Positions 9,072 to 17,426 of a DNA stretch of 64,000 bases are shown one piece after another. The notes under the pieces are model-generated. The model was given only the letters and a program-made list of their open reading frames with translations, was not told where the DNA came from and did no database searches. The stretch spans positions 41,993 to 105,992 of the forward strand of contig JAEWIE010000040.1 of assembly GCA_023387375.1 (NCBI GenBank), read 5' to 3'. The translations under genes and the position numbers were made by a program. The stretch's first letter is position 1. Every line of letters starts with the position of its first letter. The stretch comes from Bacteroidota bacterium (GTDB taxonomy: Bacteria > Bacteroidota > Bacteroidia > Flavobacteriales > Weeksellaceae).

Positions 9072-11972
9072 ATGATTTATTTAATCCCAAAATCATTATT
9101 CAATTCAAATCCTTCTTGGACTCATTCAAGAGGGAAAGACGTGAATGCAAGATCACACAACATATATACAAGTCGAGCTTTGCAATTGAGATTGCTCTTT
9201 TCATTCACTTTCACTTTATTTGCCTTTGTTTTATTTCAATCTCAAACGACGGCTTTTGGTTACATCAAAGACGAGTATGGAAATGCGGTTGAAAGAGCGG
9301 AGATAGATTTAAGCCAGTCTTCGAATGATCTTATTGCAGACAAAATTGGGTACTTTCAATTTGTGGGTTTAGACCCTGGCCTCTACCAAATTAACATTTC
9401 GAAAGCAGGACTAGAACCTAGGCGAATCACCTTTACCATTGAACAGGGAGAAAAAAGAAAAGATTTAGGTGTAATCAGCATGCGCACCGCTAACCATAGC
9501 ACGGACTTAGGAATATTAGCGCTAGACGATGCCATTGCCGACAGTGACGGATATCTAGTACAACCAATGACCTCGCTACTTAGCGCAAGGCGCGATGTCT
9601 ATCAGAAAAATGCAATGCTCGAACAGGGTATGTATAATTTTGTTCCAAGGGGGGTTGATAACCGCTATGAAGACATATCCTTCAATGGTGTCTCCATGTC
9701 AGACCCCATCGACGGCATCGTGGATCCTATTCAATGGGGGGGGTTAAGTGATGTGACAAGAAATCCTTCTGAAATCTCGGACTATTTATCCTTCTCAAAG
9801 TATAGCTTTTCAAATCTTGCGGGATCCCTTTACTACGACACCAAAGCATCGAATTTCAACAAAGAGGCTTCGATTACCTACTCTTACTTAAACCGCAATT
9901 ACAAAAACCGATTCTTGGCCTCCTATGCTAGTGGCCTGCTACCTAAAGGATGGGCTTTTGCTTTTTCTGTCAGCAAGAGATCAGGAAGTGACGGCGTGAT
10001 TCAAGGGATTGAACAAGATTCTTATGCTTATTTTGGATCGATTGAGAAGAAGTTATCCGACCGCGCGTCAATTAACCTTACGGCCTTTGGAGCACCCACT
10101 AAGCGAGATACATACAGTGCAAACACACAAGAAGTATATGATTTAATGGGCAAAAATTACAACGCGTATTGGGGGTTTGATCGAGGGGAAAATCGTAGTG
10201 CCCGAACCAGAAACTCCTTTATGCCTGTCTTTCAGTTGCAATTTTACAATGCGGTTGGTGAGAATAGCAATTGGAACAATACCCTATCGTATCAATTCGG
10301 TAGAGATGCACAGAGCCGACTCTCATGGAGAAATGCACCCAATCCTTATCCTACGTATTTTACAAACCTTCCCAGTTATTTCCGATCTATCAATGCAAGT
10401 CCAGATGAGTTAGAGAGACTTGAACAAAGGTGGAAAGAAGATGAATCTTTTAATCAGATCAATTGGCAAGCTTTACGAGAGGAAAATCAAAACCATTTGA
10501 ATGAAGGAGCTCACTATATGGTAGTTGAGGATGTTCGCAACATCAAAAGCTTTAATTTTGCTTCGCATTTCGACACAAAACTCACCAATTTTTGGAATTT
10601 AAATCTGAATCTGACCTACCAAAACTTCACCTCTCAGCATTATCAAGAAATTAAAGATTTGCTGGGCGCTGAATTTGCACTAAATAAGTATGCTTCCAAT
10701 GGCAATCTAGACTACGATTCCTCCAATCCAAATACAAAACTTATGGTTGGAGATCATTATAAATACGATTATTTGTTTTATAAAAACAAAGCTAGTTTCA
10801 ACATTTCCACAGATGCAGTACTAAATCGTTGGAATATAATGGCCTCCGTCTTCATGAACTATACCTCCTCTCAAAGAAAAGGCAATTACCTAAACCCTTA
10901 TTATAGCAACTCAAAGGGATTAAGCAAACGAATTGAGAACCTTGATGCAGGAGTGAAAGCAAGAGTGAGCTACAAACTAAATCCTAGAAGTCAACTCTCT
11001 TACAACGCAATGCTATACAGCGCAGCTCCCACTCTTACCGACTTATTTATCAATCCACGCTTAAGCAATTTAGAAACCCCTGAAATCAGAAACCAGGTAG
11101 TGAGCTCTAACGAACTCCGATATAACTATAGTAGTCAAGCTCTTAGAATACGAGTGTCTGGGTTTTGGAGTGATCTAAAAAACGGGACCGAAGTTTCTCG
11201 ATTCTACACTGATCTTTACGCTCAGGGAGAAATAAATAACACGGAATCTTATGTGACCGAAATTCTATCGGGAGTTGAAAAACGCTACAAAGGAATTGAA
11301 ATAGGAATCGAAGCGAGAGTTCTTCCCAACTTAAAACTCTTTGCTATATCCAGTTTAGGGGAATATACCATGGAGAATAATCCAACGGTGCTTCTAACGA
11401 CTGAAAACGAAACCTCCACCCAGGGCTATCAAGATTTGGGACCAGCTCAAATCAAAGATTACAAACTAGCGGGATCTCCACAGACAGCAGCGACATTAGG
11501 ATTTAGATATAGCAATAAAAAACTATGGTGGTTAGGCGGTTCTGCCAATTTTTTCGCAGACCATTACATGGACTTTTATGCAGCTAACCGAACTTCTGAT
11601 TTTTACACGAACCCGCAGACAGGAAGTCATTACGAGCAAAGTACAGACAAAACCACTGGATTTCTCATACCCGCGGCCAAGCCTTCTACCATTTCACCAC
11701 TTCTTTCCCAGATGAAAATGGAAGACCAATGGTTATTTAATTTAGATGCAGGAAAATCCTTTAGCGTGGGACGCTATACCCTTGGTTTAAGTTTAAGCGT
11801 CATCAACGTATTAAATAATAGAGACTATATTTCAGGCGGATACGAACAAATTAGAAACACGAACTATCTGGAATCTCAAATCGACTCACAGAGATCAGAA
11901 CCTCTTTTTGGTACTAAGTTTTGGTACGACCGAGGACGTACTTTCTTTGCGAATGTTACGTTCAAGTTCTAA
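9072..11972 (+). CDS. TonB-dependent receptor-like outer membrane protein with N-terminal carboxypeptidase-regulatory-like domain
   Basis: A signal-like segment LLFSFTFTLFAFVLFQSQ is followed by GYIKDEYGNAVERAEIDL (CarbopepD_reg-like) and a plug-like FVPRGVDNRYEDISFNGVSMSDP. Then a long beta-rich region ending in the OMP-typical C-terminal TFKF. The true start is probably an internal TTG or GTG downstream of 9072. Confidence 0.75.
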   Translation: MIYLIPKSLFNSNPSWTHSRGKDVNARSHNIYTSRALQLRLLFSFTFTLFAFVLFQSQTTAFGYIKDEYGNAVERAEIDLSQSSNDLIADKIGYFQFVGLDPGLYQINISKAGLEPRRITFTIEQGEKRKDLGVISMRTANHSTDLGILALDDAIADSDGYLVQPMTSLLSARRDVYQKNAMLEQGMYNFVPRGVDNRYEDISFNGVSMSDPIDGIVDPIQWGGLSDVTRNPSEISDYLSFSKYSFSNLAGSLYYDTKASNFNKEASITYSYLNRNYKNRFLASYASGLLPKGWAFAFSVSKRSGSDGVIQGIEQDSYAYFGSIEKKLSDRASINLTAFGAPTKRDTYSANTQEVYDLMGKNYNAYWGFDRGENRSARTRNSFMPVFQLQFYNAVGENSNWNNTLSYQFGRDAQSRLSWRNAPNPYPTYFTNLPSYFRSINASPDELERLEQRWKEDESFNQINWQALREENQNHLNEGAHYMVVEDVRNIKSFNFASHFDTKLTNFWNLNLNLTYQNFTSQHYQEIKDLLGAEFALNKYASNGNLDYDSSNPNTKLMVGDHYKYDYLFYKNKASFNISTDAVLNRWNIMASVFMNYTSSQRKGNYLNPYYSNSKGLSKRIENLDAGVKARVSYKLNPRSQLSYNAMLYSAAPTLTDLFINPRLSNLETPEIRNQVVSSNELRYNYSSQALRIRVSGFWSDLKNGTEVSRFYTDLYAQGEINNTESYVTEILSGVEKRYKGIEIGIEARVLPNLKLFAISSLGEYTMENNPTVLLTTENETSTQGYQDLGPAQIKDYKLAGSPQTAATLGFRYSNKKLWWLGGSANFFADHYMDFYAANRTSDFYTNPQTGSHYEQSTDKTTGFLIPAAKPSTISPLLSQMKMEDQWLFNLDAGKSFSVGRYTLGLSLSVINVLNNRDYISGGYEQIRNTNYLESQIDSQRSEPLFGTKFWYDRGRTFFANVTFKF

Positions 11973-11978
11973 AAACAT

Positions 11979-12629
11979 TTAGAGCTCATTCGATTCAAAA
12001 AGAACCTCTAGGTATTCTTCTTTCGAAATCATTTCGGCTCCTAGGCTTTCCAAATGATTGGAGTGAATTTGACAGTCGATTAAATCGTATTTCTCTTCGT
12101 TTGATTGCACAAAAGTGATAAATGCAGCTTTCGAAGCGTTGCTTACTTTTGAAAACATACTTTCTCCGCAAAACACCTTTCCCACAACTACGCCATAAAA
12201 CCCGCCCACGAGTCTATCTTCTTGCCAAACTTCAATACTCGTGGCCTTGCCTTCATGGTGCAGTTCTAAGAAACCCGAGATTAGTTCCTCACTTATCCAC
12301 GTTCCATCTTGATCTGTTCTGGGAACTTCCATGCAAGCTCGCATAACCTGTTCAAAAGCTCTATTTTTTGAGAAGCTAAAAACGTGGGAGGACAAGATTT
12401 TTTTCATGGATTTGGATACATGTAGTTTCTTTGGGAATAGTACAAATCGAGGATCTGGACACCACCATAAGATTTCCTCTCCTGGATTAAACCATGGGAA
12501 AAGTCCAAGATTATAGGCTAGCCAAAGTCTTTGAAGAGACAAATCCCCTCCCATAGCCACAAGTCCTCCTAAAGGGTGGTACTCTCGAGGATCCGGAAAC
12601 TTTATTTCTTCTTTCTTTAAGGAAACCAT
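11979..12629 (-). CDS. aat: leucyl/phenylalanyl-tRNA--protein transferase
   Basis: GGDLS..RLWLAY.LGLFPWFNPGEEILWWCPDPRFVLFP and CGESMFS motifs. I chose the ATG at 12629 rather than the TTG at 12650. Confidence 0.88.
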   Translation of the reverse strand: MVSLKKEEIKFPDPREYHPLGGLVAMGGDLSLQRLWLAYNLGLFPWFNPGEEILWWCPDPRFVLFPKKLHVSKSMKKILSSHVFSFSKNRAFEQVMRACMEVPRTDQDGTWISEELISGFLELHHEGKATSIEVWQEDRLVGGFYGVVVGKVFCGESMFSKVSNASKAAFITFVQSNEEKYDLIDCQIHSNHLESLGAEMISKEEYLEVLFESNEL

Positions 12630-12685
12630 AGCATTAAAAAATCCCACCAAAGATAGTGGGATTTAAATCAATTATTTTTTACTTC

Positions 12686-13069
12686 TTAGAAAGGTAAATC
12701 ATCATCCTCTTCCTCAAAAGGATTAGCATTTTGCGATTCACTCTTCGCGCCATCTTCTAGGGGGGCAGCTTGAGTAGGTTCATTAAAATTGTCTGACGCC
12801 AATTTTTCAATTCTCCAACCCACAATCGAGTTAAAGTACTTAACTTCATTCTGTGGGCTAGTCCACTCTCTTCCTCGTAGGTTAATTCCAATTTTCACTT
12901 GGTCACCCTCGCTCACTGTATCCAGTAGTGATATCTTATCTTGTAAGAACTCAATACTAATAGGCTGCGGATACTGCTCCTGTGTTAAAAGAATCAACTC
13001 TCTCTTCTGAAATCCACTGTTAAAAGTTTGGGTTTCAGAAAGTTTCTTCACTGTGCCTTGTAATTCCAT
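12686..13069 (-). CDS. DUF3127 domain-containing protein
   Basis: FQKRELILLTQEQYPQPISIEFLQDK...INLRGREWTSPQNEVKYFNSIVGWRIE matches the DUF3127 pattern. Acidic C-terminal tail ending DDDLPF. Confidence 0.75.
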   Translation of the reverse strand: MELQGTVKKLSETQTFNSGFQKRELILLTQEQYPQPISIEFLQDKISLLDTVSEGDQVKIGINLRGREWTSPQNEVKYFNSIVGWRIEKLASDNFNEPTQAAPLEDGAKSESQNANPFEEEDDDLPF

Positions 13070-13189
13070 AATCTAAAAACTTAATTCGGTAAAAATAGCA
13101 AAAACAAACTTAAATAAATGAATTCACTCCCTAGTATTTTTCAAATAAAAAAAATGAAAAAAAATTTGTTTTACAATTTAAAAATAAGC

Positions 13190-13197
13190 TATATTTG
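13190..13197 (+). promoter_or_regulatory. -7 promoter box (TAnnTTTG) upstream of the tRNA cluster
   Basis: TATATTTG lies 37 nt upstream of the first tRNA. Confidence 0.35.
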
Positions 13198-13233
13198 CAC
13201 TCACAAAAAAGAAAAGAAGATCTTATAATATTT

Positions 13234-13315
13234 GCGGATGTGGTGTAATTGGTAGCCACGCCAGACTTAGGATCTGGTGCCGCGAGGCGTGGGGGTTCGA
13301 GTCCCTTCATCCGCA
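13234..13315 (+). tRNA. tRNA-Leu (anticodon TAG)
   Basis: Acceptor stem GCGGATG/CATCCGC. Anticodon stem CCAGA/TCTGG with loop CTTAGGA. Long variable arm. T-loop TTCGAGT. Confidence 0.9.
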
Positions 13316-13353
13316 CTATTTTAAAAATTTCTAAGCAATTAGAAATTTTTTTT

Positions 13354-13426
13354 GCGAAAATAGCTCAGCTGGTAGAGCACAACCTTGCCAAGGTTGGGGT
13401 CGCGGGTTCGAGTCCCGTTTTTCGCT
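13354..13426 (+). tRNA. tRNA-Gly (anticodon GCC)
   Basis: Acceptor stem GCGAAAA/TTTTCGC. D-arm TAGCTCAGCTGGTAGAGC. Anticodon stem CAACC/GGTTG with loop TTGCCAA. T-loop TTCGAGT. Confidence 0.92.
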
Positions 13427-13439
13427 CAACTTCTACTTT

Positions 13440-13523
13440 GCCCTGGTGGTGGAATTGGTAGACACGCAGGACTTAAAATCCTGTGTCCGCAAGGACGTAC
13501 GGGTTCAAGTCCCGTCTGGGGTA
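13440..13523 (+). tRNA. tRNA-Leu (anticodon TAA)
   Basis: Anticodon stem CAGGA/TCCTG with loop CTTAAAA. Long variable arm. T-arm GGGTTCAAGTCCC. The exact ends are uncertain by 1-2 nt. Confidence 0.88.
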
Positions 13524-13528
13524 CATAG

Positions 13529-13567
13529 AAAAGCTGTTAATTGTTTGATTATCAGCTTTTTTTGTTT
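13529..13567 (+). terminator. intrinsic terminator after the tRNA cluster
   Basis: Stem AAAAGCTG (13529-13536) / CAGCTTTT (13553-13560) with extra inner pairs, then a T-run TTTTTTTGTTTTT. Confidence 0.65.
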
Positions 13568-13609
13568 TTATCAGTCATAACATAGTAACAAGGTTACTTA
13601 TATAAAAAG

Positions 13610-13647
13610 AAAAGCACCTAATTTTATTAAGTGCTTTTTTGCTTTTT
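13610..13647. terminator. second hairpin terminator (bidirectional: A-run before, T-run after)
   Basis: Stem AAAAGCAC (13610-13617) / GTGCTTTT (13631-13638), 13-nt loop, followed by TTGCTTTTT. Confidence 0.5.
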
Positions 13648-13821
13648 CTACCTGATTCATTGTTTGAGATTTTAAGAGATCAGGTGCAAAAGTTGTGTCC
13701 TTCTATTTTTGATTCCACACAGGGTCATTATTTTGGTACCCTACCCTATTCTAAAATCGAACCGCAAACACGATGTTGTTGAAAACCTTCTGTTTTCAAT
13801 TAGATCCATTGCAGTACATCA

Positions 13822-14472
13822 TTAGACTTCGTTTTCTGCATAATGATTATCTAAATCGAAATAAACATAGATTGCTTCTAAAAATAGACGAATCATAGAA
13901 AACGCGAGCATCAAATTCCGGTGATCTTCTAATTCAGGATCTGTGTAAATAATCTCCAAATCTTCTGGCCTAATATCCCCATGCTGCATTTTTGAGTAAA
14001 CGACATCATAATACTCTTTACCCACTGCTGTAAATAATATCAGATATAAAATATCAAAGTAATCCTCCAGTGAAATTAGATTCGTTAAATACTGTATCAT
14101 CCCCAAACAAGCATTGCTCCCTTTAATATTGGGCAAAGGAATTATCTTATTATTTTCATCAATTAATTCACGACAATAAGAAGCTAGCGACAGTATACTA
14201 ATAAGGTACCCTAAGCGTCTACAATCAATTGGCTCCAATCCACTGATATTGAATACTTCTGAGATTAATTGATCAAATCGATATCGCTGTAAAATCTTTG
14301 GAAACTCTTGCACATGCCTTTCAAGAACCACTACATGTAGACTGGCACTCAAATCAAAAACACTTTTTTCGATCGCTCTCTTTTGATTTTTCCTAAGAAG
14401 CGCTTCTAAGGATATTCTAGCATCCTCCACGTTACTGATGTAGAGCGTGTTCAAACGATTTTTCAATTCCAT
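13822..14472 (-). CDS. hypothetical protein, orphan (no family recognised)
   Basis: 216-aa ORF, predicted helical, with no signal peptide or TM segment. Hand-counted GC is about 27-38% per 60-nt line, against about 47% in a mutL line. Confidence 0.5.
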   Translation of the reverse strand: MELKNRLNTLYISNVEDARISLEALLRKNQKRAIEKSVFDLSASLHVVVLERHVQEFPKILQRYRFDQLISEVFNISGLEPIDCRRLGYLISILSLASYCRELIDENNKIIPLPNIKGSNACLGMIQYLTNLISLEDYFDILYLILFTAVGKEYYDVVYSKMQHGDIRPEDLEIIYTDPELEDHRNLMLAFSMIRLFLEAIYVYFDLDNHYAENEV

Positions 14473-14860
14473 GGTTATATTTTAGTTGAGCTGAATGTAA
14501 CAAATTGTGAATTAATTGAAAAACCGTCCCTAAAGCATGAGTCAGACCGTCCCAAATGCCCTCTAATTGGGCAAAATTCCGTTCAAGACAATTTCGAAAC
14601 CAATTTTTACTCTATCTTGTGATTTATCCAAAAAGTGCCATAACGTATGCAATTTTTCGTCGGACACGTCAAAAAAGCACACTAAATAACAATTGTATCC
14701 TCTGAGTACCAACTCAATTAATACTTTGAACTTTTTGTTTTTCCAAAGCTTTTTGTACCATTTAAGAAGCTTCTCTATAGTCCAATAAGTTCAGCGCAAA
14801 GTATGGCCTTATTTTCGCTGTTCACTGGTGTACATAATTTTTATTACCAAATCAAATCCG

Positions 14861-14868
14861 TATTTTTG
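14861..14868 (+). promoter_or_regulatory. -7 promoter box (TAnnTTTG) upstream of mutL
   Basis: TATTTTTG lies 18 nt upstream of the ATG at 14886. Confidence 0.4.
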
Positions 14869-14885
14869 CCTTAATAAATTCGTGC

Positions 14886-16676
14886 ATGTCTGATATCATA
14901 CAACTCTTACCTGATCACGTCGCCAATCAAATCGCGGCGGGTGAAGTCGTGCAACGTCCTGCCTCCATCGTTAAAGAACTTTTGGAAAACGCAATCGACG
15001 CTCAGGCCACGAAAATCGAGCTTATTGTCCGTGACGCAGGTAAAAATCTAGTACAAGTGGTTGACGATGGACTCGGTATGTCAGATTCGGACGCGAGACT
15101 CGCTTTTGAACGCCATGCGACTTCCAAAATAAAAAGCTCCGAAGATCTTTTTAAAATCAGCTCGAAAGGTTTTCGTGGAGAAGCTTTAGCTTCCATCGCT
15201 GCTGTAGCTCAAGTGGAGCTAAAAACAAAGCAAAGAAATGCCGAGACAGGTACCAACATTTATATTGAAGCAGGAGGTATTAAATTTCAAGAACCAATCC
15301 AAACGCACGAAGGTTCTAGTTTTGCAGTTAAGAATTTATTCTTTAACATTCCAGCAAGACGCAAATTCTTAAAAAACAACAATATTGAACTTCGTCATAT
15401 TATTGATGAATTTCAACGAGTTGCACTTGCTCATCAAGACATCGAATTCGAACTCTATCATAACGACGAAATTATTTTCAGGTTGCGTAAGGGCACGATG
15501 CTCCAACGAATTATTGAGATTTTCGGTCGAAAACTTCAGCCTGTTCTGATTCCTATCAAAGAGGACTTAGATTGGATCAAACTTAATGGATTCGTTTCTA
15601 AACCCGAAGGAGCAAAAAAGGTACGAGGAGAACAGTTCCTATTTGTGAACCATCGCTTTTTCAAGAGTCCGTATCTCAATCGCGCGGTCCAAGATGCGTT
15701 TGAAGGACTATTAATGCCGGGATACCTTCCCTCTTTTTTTCTATTCTTAGAAATTGATCCGGAAAAGATTGATATAAATATTCATCCTCAAAAAACGGAA
15801 GTCAAATTTGAAGACGAAAACCTGATCTTTGCTCTTATTCGTTCCACAATCAAAAAAGCTCTTGGTATCTACAACATTGCACCAAGTCTTGATTTTGACA
15901 GAGACCCCAATCTTGATAAACTCCTGAATTTCCAAAACAAAACAGCATCGAATGGATCCTCTGCAAGTGCGATGAATGGAAAACCTAATCAGATTTCGGT
16001 TCCCCGCGATTTCAATCCATTTCGTGGAGCAGAAGGTCCTAGTTCAGGTGAGATTCTCAATTTGCAAGAAATGTACGATACGCCTCCCGAGGCAAAACCT
16101 TCAAAAATCAATTTATTCGAGGACGAAGAGTTTGACGAAGATTTAATGCGACTACCTAATGGCTATTGGCTTTTCAATCAAGGAGATAAAACCCTCATGT
16201 TAGATCTGGGACGAATGCATCGAATTCTAATTGGACATAAAAACCAAGGCAAAAAAAGAAGCTCTGTGAGTCAACCTTTGCTATTCTCACTCGAATATCT
16301 AATGAATGAGATTGAGAAACTTAAATTCAAATCCTTTAAAAAGTATTTGCCTTCTCTTGGGTTTGAAATAACATTAGCGCATGAAAACACGCTTCGGATC
16401 GATGCAGTGCCTGAGGGATTGAAAGAAAGTATGGTGATCAAATTCCTAGAAAATCTATTTGAGAAATTGGAATACAAAACAGAAGATGAGTTCCTCTCTC
16501 AGTACCAATATCAATGGGATAAGATTCATTCCAAATCTAGGTTTGATTTTCTATATAAACACGATGCAGAAGCGCTAATCAAGGAATACATTGCGATTGG
16601 ATTCCCCACCTACACTCCTGGAGGCAAAAAATGTTTCATTGAACTTCCTCTTGATGAGTTAAAAACTAAATTTTAA
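14886..16676 (+). CDS. mutL: DNA mismatch repair endonuclease MutL
   Basis: N-terminal GHKL ATPase motifs (IAAGEVVQRPASIVKELLENAIDA, DDGLGM, GFRGEAL). 596 aa. Confidence 0.95.
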   Translation: MSDIIQLLPDHVANQIAAGEVVQRPASIVKELLENAIDAQATKIELIVRDAGKNLVQVVDDGLGMSDSDARLAFERHATSKIKSSEDLFKISSKGFRGEALASIAAVAQVELKTKQRNAETGTNIYIEAGGIKFQEPIQTHEGSSFAVKNLFFNIPARRKFLKNNNIELRHIIDEFQRVALAHQDIEFELYHNDEIIFRLRKGTMLQRIIEIFGRKLQPVLIPIKEDLDWIKLNGFVSKPEGAKKVRGEQFLFVNHRFFKSPYLNRAVQDAFEGLLMPGYLPSFFLFLEIDPEKIDINIHPQKTEVKFEDENLIFALIRSTIKKALGIYNIAPSLDFDRDPNLDKLLNFQNKTASNGSSASAMNGKPNQISVPRDFNPFRGAEGPSSGEILNLQEMYDTPPEAKPSKINLFEDEEFDEDLMRLPNGYWLFNQGDKTLMLDLGRMHRILIGHKNQGKKRSSVSQPLLFSLEYLMNEIEKLKFKSFKKYLPSLGFEITLAHENTLRIDAVPEGLKESMVIKFLENLFEKLEYKTEDEFLSQYQYQWDKIHSKSRFDFLYKHDAEALIKEYIAIGFPTYTPGGKKCFIELPLDELKTKF

Positions 16677-16679
16677 AGC

Positions 16680-17426
16680 ATGTTTAGAAACATACCCCCC
16701 ATTACAAAAAGTATCATCATAATCAACATTGTTGTTTATCTCCTGAGCAACTTACTTTTTGGTGGAAATCTCTACGACTTACTCTCGGCTTATTATCCTT
16801 TTTCACCTAACTTCCATTCGTGGCAAATCATTACCCATATGTTTATGCACGCACCAATGGGAGAAGGAATCGGTCTTACACACATTCTCTTTAATATGTT
16901 CACACTTTGGAGCTTTGGGCCCGTATTAGAACAAGTTTTGGGAGAGAAAAAATTCCTTGTTCTTTACTTTTTAAGCGGACTAGGGGCGTTTATCCTCTTT
17001 AATATTTGGAATGGTTATGGCGTGTACACATTGGTTACCCAATTGCAAGCACAGGGAATCGACGTCTCGGAGGTCTTTCGGAAAAGTGCCCAAGGATATC
17101 AGGGTGACATGAGTGTATTTAGCAACCCAGATGCCCTTCAATTAGGTCAAATGCTAAATGCTAAAATGCTTGGCGCCTCGGGCGCTATCTTTGGTGTGGT
17201 CGCTGCCTTTTCGACCATGTTCCCGGATGCAAAATTAGTTTTCCTATTCATCCCGTTCCCTATCAAAGCTAAGTATCTATTTCCAATTATTATCGTGGTT
17301 TCACTTTATTTAGGGGTTAGTGGATCCATGGGAGGAGTGGCTCATTTCGCTCATATTGGAGGTGCAATCGTCGGATTCTTACTTGCCTTATACTTTAGAA
17401 AAAAACACATTCAAAGATGGCATTAA
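16680..17426 (+). CDS. rhomboid family intramembrane serine protease
   Basis: Multi-TM protein with HMFMH...LFNM, a catalytic GASGAIFG motif and AHIGGAIVG. Confidence 0.85.
   Translation: MFRNIPPITKSIIIINIVVYLLSNLLFGGNLYDLLSAYYPFSPNFHSWQIITHMFMHAPMGEGIGLTHILFNMFTLWSFGPVLEQVLGEKKFLVLYFLSGLGAFILFNIWNGYGVYTLVTQLQAQGIDVSEVFRKSAQGYQGDMSVFSNPDALQLGQMLNAKMLGASGAIFGVVAAFSTMFPDAKLVFLFIPFPIKAKYLFPIIIVVSLYLGVSGSMGGVAHFAHIGGAIVGFLLALYFRKKHIQRWH

Noticed and set aside
13131-13461. Track ORFs 13131-13316 (-) and 13249-13461 (+)
   Set aside because: Both run through the three tRNA genes. The tRNA cloverleaves explain the sequence, so the ORFs are artefacts.
14523-14553. Short direct repeat ACCGTCCC (14523-14530 and 14546-14553) as a possible att or insertion scar
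   Set aside because: It is only 8 nt, does not match the 3' end of any of the three tRNAs, and has no partner on the other side of the islet. It is likely chance.
14472-14790. Idea that the 75-codon frame and the 216-aa orphan ORF are one disrupted gene (they are in the same frame, 93 nt apart)
   Set aside because: Five in-frame stops (TAG, TGA, TAG, TAA, TAA) lie between them. Sharing a frame has a 1-in-3 chance by coincidence, so I do not call a single pseudogene.
13524-14885. Integrative element inserted at tRNA-Leu(TAA)
   Set aside because: There is no integrase or recombinase, and I could find no duplicated tRNA 3' segment by eye. I report only a low-GC islet or remnant, not a mobile element.
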